A DNA stretch of 63,342 nt, the filler included, from Sphacelaria rigidula (taxonomy: Eukaryota): assembly GCA_964200075.2 (NCBI GenBank). It is 5 parts of 5 records of this genome, joined end to end, with 100 filler letters (N's around TTAATTAATTAA, not from the genome) between each part and the next. Parts side by side here need not be neighbours in the genome. Positions count along the whole stretch, not along the records: positions 25,379 to 37,966 come from CAXNAA020003596.1; 4 more parts are not named here. One strand, written 5' to 3'. Shown one piece after another: positions 25,479-38,066 of the stretch. The position numbers and the translations under genes were made by a program. How positions within the stretch are numbered: the stretch's first letter is position 1; each line of letters begins with the position of its first letter. Under the pieces are notes generated by a model, which did not search any database, was not told where the DNA came from, and saw only the letters and a list, made by a program, of their open reading frames with translations.

Positions 25479-28400
25479 ATCTGCAGGCTCGCGATCACAT
25501 AATCCCGTTTTCTGCACCAAGTCCAGCACAGCTCGCGCATCATCATCCGAGATAACCAGGTGTACCGGGTTGGACGATTCCGAAATCTGGCGGCGCACAC
25601 GAGCAACAGAAAAAGTTCAGTAGAAAAAAGAAAACATACACACACATGGCCACATGGCGTACAGACAAAACGAGATGAAGAAGACACTGCCCTTCATGTA
25701 CATGTGCACACGTTTTTTTCAAGTCAACTGTACAGGCTACTTAGTTTACGGTGAATGCCCAAAATACATTCCATACTGGATACAGGACGCGAAACTGACT
25801 GGACAAAAAGATATTTGTAATCACAGTGACGCCCTCCCCCCACCCCCCTCCCCCTACGAGCAAGCAAACAGTGTGACAGCCAGATTTTTTTTTTTGCGTC
25901 CTTCGCCGTGGCGCTAGCTAGTAGTGAAAATGTATCTCGGCCAATCAGGGGCCTTCAAATTATTCTGAAATTGAAAATGTGAGTAGTCGACAGAAGTTCT
26001 ACCCAATTTCATCATCGATCAAACCTTAAAAACCGCCATCAGCTACGGAATCCAACGCAAGAATACGAATATACTTGGAAAAAGCTCGTACGGGATCGCG
26101 TTATACCCCAAATTGTGGTATTTTGGCCATGTGGAATTTGAATGTCATCGGATTTGCCCTGATAATATGCACCGACGACCAAAAAAGTCTCGTGATTTCT
26201 TCACACCTATCGAATAAAAACTACCACTATCCTCAAACTTCGCGGTTGGGTAGATATGGATGCTCTAATTAGGGGGGGGGGGAGGGGGGAAATCGTGCAA
26301 GCATAACTCAAATTATATCCGCTCGATACCGGCTTCTGCGGGTCCCGGCGTGAAGACCCACAGAGACTGGTACAGAATGCCCCCAGAAACATCGTTCAAA
26401 ACCTGTTTTTCTGAGGTAAGAACTTTTGACCATAGCTTCGTTGCGTAACTGGAAAAACTGACGCCAAACGGTCGATGCAGGCTTGAACGCACGAATCAAA
26501 AAGTCGGTTTGATACTTATATCAACTCATTGGAAGGTTCAGCGAAGTATTTCACGCTCCACCCCGCACACACAGGCGATTTCTAACGCGGGTTCAGGCGC
26601 TTGACCCTGAAATTTTGCGCACGTATACAATATCATGGGATACTGCAGAAAAAACTACAAGAGGTTCTCTTTAGTTTGTTCCTTCTTTCGCCAGATATCG
26701 GGGGTCCCACGAGAGCATATGGCCCCCGGAACCACGGATATCTGGAAAAAATGAAATAAAATAAAATAATTCCGTTCATCGCAAGTTTCGCCGTACTCCC
26801 AAGTGCACATGTGGAAAACTTCAGGTCTAACTCGAGAAACTCCCGAGAGATATCGCGGGGGAATGAATATTGGGGCCATTCGCCCTGAGCCAGCCCGTAC
26901 ACAGGTTTGTACTTGGGCAGTTTTCACCATTTTACCGGCTGCAAACAGTACGATGCGAATATGCATCCTACATATGTAAGCCACAAAAGGGAAACAGTCA
27001 AGGAAGGATTGAATACCTCTCACATTCATTCAGTGAACCCAAGGGAAACTGACGATGACTGCCCGGCTGTATAGTATATCCAGTTTCGGAGCTGTCCATC
27101 GGGAGTTTGTGGGACCAATCGATCGAAGTTTTTTTTTTTTAATTTAACGTAGATGCGACAGAATACACCAAACCAAAAATAAATATTTTTAATAACTTGG
27201 AACAGGGGGGGGAGGGCTTGCAAGTTGATGGTCTTGATCGATTCCGCGGCGTCTCTCTCGCCATGCCACGTTTCTTCTATTTATCGTCCGAGGCCTTGAA
27301 CTTTTGGTGATTCATTATCCATCTGCTTCTGTTTATGCCGCTCACCATGCGCCGCAGGTATCATCGATTACGATACGACAAAAATTAGCCATCTAACCCC
27401 CCCCCCCATCCCTCGATAAATACGAAAATTTCCAGAATTAGTCAGAAAACGTAAATCGAAGATAATCATCACTGAACTGCACGAATCTAATCAACATTCC
27501 TTACCAAACAAAGGATATTGAAACACTATAGAAAAGGGAAGTAAATAAAGAAGAAAAAGGAGTGCGGGGTGGGGGGTGGGGACACACAAAAGGGGTGAAC
27601 TGAGAAACAAAAAAACAAAACATGTACTCCGTGGAGTGGAAGACGATGAAGACATCAGGACTCGCGAGCACAGCGCGGCACAGTCCGAGTGTCTCACACG
27701 GAGTACTCGCACCTGGAAGCAAAACCTTGGCTTTCTCTCCAACTCGGACCCGCCAGAACTCACGGTCCCCTCTATGGCAGGTCGTAGAGCACCAACTCCA
27801 GGTACCCACCTTCATTGCGCGCACACAAGCAACAAGTGTATGTGTGTTGGGGGGGCGGGGTGATTCAACAGAAAACAGAGGCTCGCAGTTGTGTCAGACG
27901 ACCCAAGCAATCGCAGTGCGTTTGTATTTGAGTGAAAGCGAGGTCAAGTGGTGTGTGTGTGAATGAGTGTCTTCATGGTGGCGAGGGCGTTCCAAAAAAC
28001 GCTACTGCTTTCAACGACGATTTGAGGTTGAATTTCGTGGAATCATCTGTCCAATATTCCTCCCCCCTCCCCTTCCCTCCCCCCCTGGTGCGGCGAGAAC
28101 CCGGCGTGGTACGTCCCGGCTTTGAAGGGGCGGACCCCCGATGGGGTTGACGTCGGTTGGTCATGACGCTATAAAACACGCCACTCACTGCGCAAGCTAG
28201 GCCACCAGGTTGACCATTTTTTTGGGCGCTTGCGTTTTTTTCACGGTAACCGTGAGGGTAGTCGGGCTAGATCATACTGTGCAGCGTGAGAAAACCTCAA
28301 CTCCGCGCAGAGGAGATGATCGTACCACGTAGTGTTCAAATGGTGAGTGACATCCATGAGGCAGCGTATAAGCCGTGGCTGTCTCTGGAAGTGGCGATAC

Positions 28401-31400
28401 CGGAAAATGAGGCAAATCATTGGAGGTTGTCATCAAAATACAAGATAATCAGTAGGCTTCGGGCCGAACAATCTTCGCAGGATGCAGCTCACTCTTCATG
28501 CGACTCGCCGAACACACCACGGCGCTTCGCGCTTCGTGATTGAGTACGAATCTGGTCCAGCGAAAACCCGTCGTGCTCCGGCTCCGGCTTTGAAGGGATG
28601 CGAGGTCAAGGGTCAGATGGATATTGCATGCAATATCATGAGCACACCCCCGCCCTATCGCAGCATCACTCAACCAGACAACAAGACTTTGCTCAAAATA
28701 TACTCAGCACCTGTCGTGATTTCGAGCCCTAAATCCGATCCGTCCGCTTGGACCGTCTATTTAGGGTCCTACACTTTTCCCCCCTGCAAATACTCACGAC
28801 ACGAGGGAGCACAAGGCGTCAACTTTTCGTCGGTAGGCCGTTATGATGAAGCGCACGCCTCCATATTATCCACATCAAGAATCATAAATGAAGCGACAAT
28901 TAGAGTGGGCAGGTGCCTCACTTGGAAAGGTCGACAAGCTCCATCCACGGGACGCTCTTGAAGCCCCCCTCGTTATACCACACACCGAACTCCTCGAAAG
29001 TCAGTCCCGTCCGTCCTCTGAACTGCGAGTCTTTATCTTCAAATACAGCCTCCAACGTGAACTCGGCCGATCGGTCAACGATTGCCCACATCTAGATATC
29101 CCAAGAAACCATACAAAAACACGCAAGGGTTGGGTGGGGTGGGCACGAGGGGGGGGGGGTTACCAAAGCGCTCATGATTTAGCGTGCCTTCCATTTCTGT
29201 GGACGAGACGATTGAGCAATGCCTACACGAACAAGGACGGAGCACTGTTCCCGCAATATAGCGGAAAGAACATGCAGAGAAAAATATTACCAGCTATACT
29301 TGATAGGGCTGTATGGAGTAAAACTACGAAAGGGCGTGCTAGAAGATGAGATGAATTCGAGAAAGCATGGAAGGAGATAGGCGGAAACCAAGACGAAATA
29401 CTGTTCATAGGTGAAGGCGCGGGGTACAAGACAAAAGTAAGAGATATGATGGAGATAAGGGGAAACGGAGCGCTCAGGCGCGAAGAAGTCGAGAAATGAT
29501 ACCTCGAGATATACGGGGGTTCGAAAGAGGGGATTGGGATGAAAGCATATCTGCATAGCCCAACGAACGTGGCGAAAACTCCGAAACTGCGATTTTTGGG
29601 TGGGGGACCTGAACCTGCCAAAAAGAATGAGATATTCCAGTCGTCGAAAGGAGGAGGAAGCAGATGTACAGAACTGCCCCTGTGGCAAAGCAATGAAGAG
29701 CAGAAGTCATATAGTGCCAGAATGTGAGCTTTACAAGGAGGAGCGGGACGTGCTAGAGGGAGATATGCAGGACGTGAACGAAGGTGGCATGAAATCGGTT
29801 GATGCATTAGACAGTAGCGAGAAAATGATGGCCATACTAGGAGATAGATGGCCACAGACGGCGAAACAGGACGGGGATAAGATATGTAAAAGGGTTTTGT
29901 GCAATGCTTGGAAGAAACGTAATGAGCCCCGGAATGTTGGAGGTGTCTCTATTAGGAGTGGAAACGGTACTCCGTCTCGAAATCGATGCATGGTCAATGG
30001 TCACATGACTAAGGCAAGCAACGAATGAGTACCCCCCCCCTTTCAAGTCTCACCACCTTTCGAAAACTCGACCCACTGACCCAGATGATCAATACAACCG
30101 CCCGAATAGTTACCGCCATATCACTTGAGCATGATTTCCATGCCCAGTGTGTTTTCCATTAGGGACGATACGCTCGTGTACATTGAACCTAGTATAAGGG
30201 GCATACAGTAGTGGGCGGTCTAACTATTCGTTTTGTGGCATTTTGTGATTTTTTTTCGAAATTGGCGATTTTCTTGGGCTCTTTTCGCTTGCCACCCCTC
30301 ATCACATCGGGGATCTCAATATATTTGTATCCGCTCCACATTCCAAGAAGAAAAAAGCATCTGTACTCAATATTGAGTGCCTTACGGGCTGACCGGTCAT
30401 CGGGGGTCGTGCCACGTTTCAGCCCAGACTCTTACTCTTCCGTATTTTCGGTTGATCGAGCCCGTCCCGATTATATTTGTAAAAAAATGTACAGTTTTAC
30501 TTTTTTGAAATTCTGCCTACTCAGTGAACTAAGGCCGAAAAACTGTGTTTCACGGTCAATAACACCCTCCTGATGAACGGAGTATTTACTCGTTCCGACC
30601 GATAACACTAAATAAAACTGACTTGGACACTGTGTTTTGAAGATGATCTGTTGTGTTGTACCAAAATCTACCGACGCTAGCAATTTCGAGTTCTATCGAA
30701 GAGTAGTGCGCGAGGAAAACCCCAAAACGCCCTAAATAATTAGACCGACCACTACTGTACCTTGTACGACCCTACCGGGGAGTACCGGCGGACGTACAAA
30801 AAACTAGCCAAAAATGCAGCCAACTATTGCACCGCACCGCACCGTACCGCACTGCACCACCGAAACCCATCGACCAAGACGCGTGATTCTTCGGTACAGC
30901 ACACCACAGCAATGCAAGCACACAGTACAGTACCCGAGGGGCGAACTACACAGAGTACGGCGGCACGTGTACTGGCACCAAGTTGACGGGGTTTGAAAGA
31001 GGGTTCAGCCCGCACACGCTGCCTTGAGAAAAGAGAAAAGAGAAAAGTAAAGTACTGTACCCTTACTAACCTCCCGGTTCGTGAGCTCCAACATCTGTCC
31101 CACGCACGAGCACAACACCGTAAGCAGGCCCGACACAAAGGCGCCGATGGCTTGCCTCGATACCTCCCCCTCCTCCTCTGACCCCGCACCCTTGATAGCC
31201 GCCGCCCCGTCTGTAACGGCCCCTCGCCCTTTTCCTCGTCCCTCTCCTCCCGCGAAGAGCGAAAACGCAAAGGCCAACTTGGACGACTTTGAGCCACAGC
31301 ACAGGAACGACAGTCCGCAAGCTAGATCTCTGAGAGCATTTTTTTGCGGCAGACGGCGGTTTGGATGGATTCGGAGGGGTTGATCGAAGGGGGAGAGGGA

Positions 31401-34400
31401 GATCGGGGTACACCGGGTGCAAGTATAGGGGGGTGGAGGATACCGAGTTACAGGGTCAAACTGGACATGGTTTGCGACAGGAAAGAAAAATTGCGACTGA
31501 TTATTGCTTGTTTTTTTAGTTTTATCCCAAAAAATGACTCTGTTCCGAATAAAACTATTGTTATAACAAAACATATCAACATAAACTTGATGACAAGTGG
31601 AAAGTCGAGAAAGAGATAGATCAAGGGAGGATTGCCGAGTGTCTTCGCCATTTCGACTGCAAGAAACAAAAAGGTATGAAACCTCAAGCTTTTCATTTTA
31701 TTCAAACGTGTGAATTAATACGCAAGGCAACGTACTTACCTCCACGCACGTCATAGATACCCATACGCATATGCATCGCATTCTGGACAACAGATTAAAC
31801 ACATTACATCAGCGAGAGGTACAGTGCGTCAAGTGTCGAGTATTGTGTCTATTCAATAGACGCAATATTCTACACTGTACGCAGTATACTTATTGTCAAT
31901 GCCATCATTTGTCCAGGGTATGATACATGTAGACGAAGGGACACGAAGACGCACACTCGAAACGAAAAGAAGCTTGAAATAGAAAATAGAGAAGAAGAAA
32001 AACAAAAGGATATCACAGGACGACGGGCAACCCCCCTTACCTCAAGAGAACTCGGCCATCCTGAGCCCGGTCGTAAGCGAAGAATATGTTCGCCAACGCG
32101 AAGGACAGGAGGTCCCGCTCGTCCTCCAGCATGCTCTCCAGCCGCACTAGCTCCTGCAAACGCCGCAACGCGCACACACATAGACCGGAGGTAGGGCAGG
32201 AGGAATACAAGAGTCGGATAAAATGATGTGCGACAGTCGAGTCGACCAATCGATCAATTAGCCAAGGCAAGGGCTACGACATGCCCCCATCAACCTTGAA
32301 TCTCCAACACAGGGAGTAAGGAGTGCCCCTTTGATGCGCTTCAAGAAGACGGTACATGATCTTGATGCAGGGACAGCAGAGTAACCCGAACATGAAATTT
32401 GGAACCAGGTAACCCCGAACATGAAGTTTTGAACCAAGTAGCCCCGAACGTGAAGTTTCGAACCACGTAGAACCGAGTATGAAATTTGGTACCGTCTAGC
32501 CTGCGCATGAAACTTGGAACTAGTTAGACCCGAATACGAAATTATTTCTTCGACTGCGAGGGTAGTCCACCTGGATCATACACACTTTTCTCGACTGAAA
32601 TTTATGTCGATCCAACAGATGACTTATTCTCCCGGTAAAGGGGATAAGGAACCAGTAGACCCGAACACGAAACTTGGAGCAGAGTAGACTCGAGAAGTAA
32701 ATTTTGAAGCACGTACCCTCAAGCATGAAATTATGAACCGCGTAGACCCGACCGTGAAATTAGGTACCATGAGGCCCCGAACATGAAATTTGGGGCCTTA
32801 CGTAGACCCGAGTATGCTCAGAGCTAAGTAGACCCGAGCATGAAGCTTCAAAGCTCAGTAGCCGCGAAAAAATCTAGCACCAGGTCGCGAGTTTGGAATA
32901 AAAATTGCAGCTATGTACGTGATGCTCAGAGGGAGGTTGCAAAATCCGAGCTCTATACAATCACTCGACAACGTACCCAAGTGGTATACAATGTTGTCAA
33001 CCCCTGTCTAAAAACCGAGTTGGGTACACTAATGATTTTTTCCCCTAGTTTAGCCCTTACGTCAGTCCCCCATTCTGCGGGACCATCAGCCGGCGATATA
33101 TTTCCGAAAATACGACCGGGTGCCCAAGGGGTCGCCGGAGTCCGCAGTCACTCGATTGTCGGTGGTCATACATGAACATCAGCACCCTCCATGAAGAGAG
33201 CCATCTGCATATTCAAGTACCGTCCTCTACACTGAAGGAAGTTTTACAACGAGGTGGGGTCTACCCCCCGTTCGCCTCCAAATTATCCATGGTTAACACA
33301 TTGCGAAAATACCACCAACCACCCAAGGCATACTGAGACAGTATAGTTCACCACTTGAGGGGGTGCTATGTTTGATTTTCAGTTCGACTTGGTTCTAGTG
33401 TAAACAGCGAAATCCGGATCTTCACTGGGGCGGTGCTCCAAGCGTGCTCCTAATCTGCGAAGAACGCGTTCTTGTCGAAATGGGTGTCTGGGGCGCCGAT
33501 TTGAGGTCTGGCAACGCATACTATGCCTAGGGAACCCTTTGTACCTCATTGCCCACGGGTTCTCGGTGTGCCTTCGTTGGGGTTAGGGTTGAGGTTAGTG
33601 TTCGTGTTTTGGTTTATTCGAAATCATAAATTTCCGAGTTTTTTTTCACCCTCGAAAAGTGGTAAATCAACCTCTACTAGAAACCCTCAGACGAAGGTGA
33701 AGGGAGGGAGGGGGGGGAAGGGACTAGTGATCCAGGCAAAGTGTACGTTCAAAGGCCTCAAGTCAAGGACTGCGGGCTGCGATTGGGACAGAATCAAGTT
33801 CTGCGAATGTCATAATGATAGTATAATGGCACTAGGGACTGTCAGCTCCACTGAAGATCCGAATATCAGTGTTCACACTAAAATCCAGTCATTTCAACGA
33901 TGAATAATTTGGAGGCCGCCGAACTCGGGGGGGGGGAATCTCCTGCTTTCAACGCCCGCAGTTGGACAACTAGTGTGGTCGTCAACTCATCGAGTGGAAT
34001 ATAACGGAAACCCTGGCTGTTACAGGGTTAGATACAGTCATGGGTTCACCACTCATACCTACTGGTCCCTGCGTTTTTTCACTCCAGGCACACCCTACAG
34101 CGGAATAAAGTACTGTTTCTTCTTTCGCGATATACTTGCCTGCATGCCCTCGTCAAACGCGGCCTTGCTGACCTCCTTCCCCCTAGCATTCGGCGTAGAC
34201 CTATCCCGGAAGGTGTCCAGAATATCCTGAGGTAAGAGCGCTGCAAGCCGCGTCCCCTGCACAATATAGGGGAGGTTGAAAACACACGCCGACGGAGAAA
34301 CAGCATCAGCATAAACATCAGCACCCGCTACACGAACCGCGCAGCGATGAGCCAAAAGCCTGATCCATGATTCATGCCTCGCTGATGATCTTTACACATC

Positions 34401-35999
34401 AACTGAACAGCGACGAATCTGCTGTGTTGGTCGTGGTCACAGTATAGACGTCCCTTGCAGAAAATGAAAGGAACTGATGACAAAGCACAACCGTATTATT
34501 GTGTTGTTGTGTGTTGTCGTCCCATTTATTCTGGGCACCAGTCTACACCTTTCGGTGTATGTGGGTGCATCAGCCGGGGTCACACAGGAGTTATTGGTGA
34601 GAAAAAACAGCACAGCGGACTGAGGCTATTGTTGTACAGTACTGTGCAAGGTTGCGGAGTTTCATCACCCACAGGCGAAAGATACCACGCGGCTACAACA
34701 GTTCCCATCGACCGAACACCCCTACGTATTATCGCCTATCGACACATCTTCCTGCGGGGTGGCAAGCCGCGCCGGGGTTCACAACAAGAGCGAGGTTTGG
34801 GCTTGTCCTTGGCCCGCATGATGCATCATGATCAACAACGTTTGCGTGAGATTGAGAATAGAGCGCGGATTGACAGTGGCTTTGATCATTCGCTTTAACT
34901 TAACCATTTTTCCATTCCGTGTGTGCTCTTCTTTGCCTCTGTCGCTGCCGTCTGCTCACAGTTACACGTCAGTACCCTACTCAGGGATGCCAAGCGCCCC
35001 AGCGGCAAGCTACTACAGAAAGAAAATCAGGCCCCGTGAAGGGTCATTTTGGAACTGAAACGATTCATTCCCTGATTGACCACTTTTCACTCTCAATCGT
35101 ATCTTTTACTCTCGATCTCACGGAAACATTGTTGATCGTGGGGGCAAATGGGGTCAAAAATATGCGCCCAAGACCCACGCTGCTATAGCACGCCAAAACG
35201 CACAGACCGAAACTACCATATTCCAAGAATACTGTACTACACTGAGTACCAGCAAGCAAGCAGGGAGGTCCACCGGCCCTTCCTCAATCCCCCCCCCCCC
35301 CCCAACACGCTTCCATCGATCTATGCATCTCGTTACCCTGTTTTGGTATATCGACGACAGCATGCCAGAACTCACCACGACGATTCTCTGCACGAAGTCT
35401 ACATCCTCCTGCATCACCAACAGCTCCACGTCGGGCACTAAGGGGAACGTGAAAAGCATCTGGCTGGGGCCGTCAGAGCCGAACTCTGCCTCGCCGTTTT
35501 CGCTTCTGTTCGTTCGTACAGTTAGTTTTTGTCGCGGGAAAAAAAAACGTGAAGGAAAAAATAATACAGGGGAGGGTTAACGTGATGATACGGAGTGAAG
35601 CTACTACGTTGTTTGAGATACAAGACCTCTGTACGCCATGCATTCATGGGTTCCAAGCGGTTTAGCATGAATTTACGCCCGGTATTACAGCAGATGATAC
35701 ACTCGAGACTCGTAGATCATTAAAAAAAAAAAAACATGATGCCAATGGCTCAACAGCTCACGGATCCACGTGGGCCGTCAAGGGATAAACGATCGATTCG
35801 CGAGTGCGAAAATTTCATCATCTAGAGGTGTTGAACCCTCGGGCGGGTGCAACATGCCTTACTTTTTCATCAGCATCTAGTATGTATTTAGGGCCCGTTT
35901 TACCGAGACGAGAAAAGCGAGAACGCGCCGTGAGAGTGACAATGATTTTACGTAGCGGTTTCGTTCATCTTCTGTTCCGTCCTTCCGAATGGCTGAGAG
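25479..35999 (-). CDS. Internally repeated EF-hand (calcineurin-B/NCS-like) protein, 3'-truncated. Exons 35952-35999(?), 35863-35876(?), 35376-35505, 34140-34256, 32041-32153, 31071-31329, 28922-29091, 27713-27809, 25479-25586
   Basis: Phase-consistent splicing gives ...ANIFFAYDRAQDGRVLLR|DLACGLSFLCCGSKSSKLAFAFSLF...|...LTFEEFGVWYNEGGFKSVPWMELVDLSK|W...; the repeat restarts at PRFCFQ|ISESSNPVHLVISDDDARAVLDLVQKTGL. The exon at 28922-29091 is not in the ORF track. Confidence 0.85.
29220..30030 (+). mobile_element. 5'-truncated LINE 3' end in an intron, antisense to the host gene
   Basis: KAYLHSPTNVAKTPKLRF..GDLNLP, CCHC motif CPCGKAMKSRSHIVPECELY; overlaps in homology with the 12690-13096 fragment. 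Confidence 0.82.
30206..30757. mobile_element. Tc1/mariner(pogo)-type MITE, 552 nt, TA TSD
   Basis: TIRs CAGTAGTGGGCGGTCTAA / TTAGACCGACCACTACTG; TA at 30204-30205 and 30758-30759. Confidence 0.82.
32381..32850 (+). repeat. Degenerate ~29-nt minisatellite in two blocks (~32381-32545, ~32655-32850)
   Basis: Consensus approximately GTAGACCCGAACATGAAATTTGGAACCAG, about a dozen copies. Confidence 0.8.
34495..34590 (-). mobile_element. SINE 3' fragment
   Basis: GTTGTCGTCCCATTTATTCTGG...GGGGTCACACAGGAG matches the tail region of the SINEs at 1113 and 2155. Confidence 0.6.
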
Positions 36000-36606
36000 C
36001 TGATGGGCAACCAATTGGAAGGACAAAAAAACAAAAAACACCAAGACCGACAGAATTACTCGCACTTTCACGGCGCGTTGTGTTTTTTATTTTGAGTTAA
36101 AACACGACCTCATGTACAAGACACTATATGTCGGATCGGGTCTGTCATCTCTCACATCTCACTTCCCGTCACAGTCTCGACAGTTACACCCACCACAAAA
36201 TGAACTCTACCGTTCAACCAGATCGTGTTGTACTCATCACGTTATTACCCAGAGATTATGTTGTAATCTTTGACCATACATGCCGCACAGTGTACCCAAA
36301 ACGCGGTTCGAAGCTTCATCATGGAGATATGGTTTCTTTTGTACGAACATGAGTAGTCTTTCGCCAATCGCGCAAAAACCAACAAGGGCACTCAGTCTGT
36401 TAAAGGTTTTATGTAAGAGAGGCCACAGAAGTGGATGATCCCCCGCTCCGTCTAGAACGGGATACGTGATAAATGGTGGAAAAAAAAAAAAGAAGGTAAG
36501 CAAAAACTGGGTACGCCCCCCCCCCCCTCCTAAATTCCAGAGTACAGGTGAAATTGCGGGTAACACTCCAACCCCAATATTTCACGGTTGCGGTCAAGTC
36601 TTCGAG

Positions 36607-37799
36607 CTACTCCCTCCTCCCGCCCAGCTCAACGCTCACGCACCCGTCTGGACCGCCATTCCGCCCAACCACAGCGTTCGCCTCGTCGTTTCCTCTTTCG
36701 TCATTCTCCACCGCACCGCCACCCGCACCCGCCGGCGCGGGTGACGCTCCGTTCACTCCGGCCCCCGCTTTCGCCACCGCTGCCCCTTTTCCCGTCGCAG
36801 CAGCATTGATCGCTTGCCCGCCGCCTCCTCCGCCAGCGCCCGCTCCATTCCCCCCTGCGCTCGCGCTGGCGGCGAGGTTGGGGGCGCTCCGCTGACTTTG
36901 CTCTGACTCTGCGCTTGCTCTACTTTTTCCATTGGCTGAGGCGGCGGGTGGGACCGCCGGCGGCTTGGGTTCAGCGATGAGGGGCTGCCGTGGAGGGGGC
37001 ATAACGGGTTGTTTGTCGGTGGAGGAGGAGCGGAGGACGTTGGGAATCCCGTTGAGCGCCGCTTGTCCTGGACGGGAAATAGGATACAGGAGAGCAGCAC
37101 GAGCGCGGCGAGGAGGAGAACGGAGGGTATGTTCAGTGTGAAGATGGCTCGAAGACTCAAGGACTCATGTGCTTCATTTGTCGGGGGCACGGAAGAGCGT
37201 TGTAGTCTTCCACATCTGCTCCTTACAGCGCTGAACGTCGAACAAAGCCGAGTAAACCAAAGGTACAAGTAGCGCTTTGGCCTCTCGGACCCTACCGTCA
37301 CGGTTTGGTGTTTTCGGACAACGGATCTGCGAACCCTCTTCGATGAGATATTCTACGTGACTCGTGAGCTGTCCAACACGTGTGGAATCTGTAATTCAGC
37401 ATCATGCCGGTTCAACAGACGGACGAGACCGGGGCGGGGCAATCAGACAGCTGAACGACTGGAAAGATTCGAACATTTCGCGAGAATCGCCTGGAAATAT
37501 CGCTCGAGCATACACCTACACATGCTCTCTGCATACAAAAAAACGCGCTCAATTCTCCGCAGTTGTACGTACGAGCCTCCTGCAATGAGCTACTGTCAAC
37601 AGCTACAGAGAGCACGGAGCCTAACAAACTATACGACGAGATATGAAAAACAGAAAACAGAAATGCCTACAGGAGAAACATTGCTTTGCGCCCTCCTCTT
37701 CAAGGACTACGTACGTTTGCTGCACAACTGGGTGAGCAACCGGCTTCCTGCCGAAGACCTCTGTCTCGGTCCTGCTGCCGAAAGCGGCTGACTACACTC
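36607..37799 (-). CDS. Low-complexity Ala/Gly/Pro-rich exons (37715-37799 and ~36607-37067); either the N-terminal part of the EF-hand gene or the end of an upstream gene
   Basis: GC-rich open frame QAALNGIPNVLRSSSTDKQPVMPPPRQP...; polypyrimidine-CAG acceptor at 37068; phase-matched upstream exon; ends either at TAG (36607) or at donor GTGAGC near 36639. Confidence 0.5.
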
Positions 37800-37966
37800 C
37801 TACATTACATGGGCTTACTCTCTCCTTCCTCCATGTGGGGCATGCATCAGCCGTGCGGTGATGGATGGACCATGAGTAATCCAACGGGGGGGGGGGGGGG
37901 GGGGGGGGACGCGGGGGCGCGGGCTTTTTCCGCACCTCTATTTTTTTTCTCTCCTACGGGTTCCCC

Positions 37967-38066
37967 NNNNNNNNNNNNNNNNNNNNNNNNNNNNNNNNNN
38001 NNNNNNNNNNTTAATTAATTAANNNNNNNNNNNNNNNNNNNNNNNNNNNNNNNNNNNNNNNNNNNN
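37967..38066. other. Artificial scaffold spacer
   Basis: N44 + TTAATTAATTAA + N44. Confidence 0.98.

Noticed and set aside
10865..25586. Joining the EF-hand exons to the FCP1 exons as one gene with a Gypsy in its intron
   Set aside because: They lie on different scaffolds separated by artificial spacers.
27501..27824. ORF-track peptide RGDREFWRVRVGEK as an exon
   Set aside because: Splice phases and motif continuity (DLSK|W) support the other frame, exon 27713-27809.
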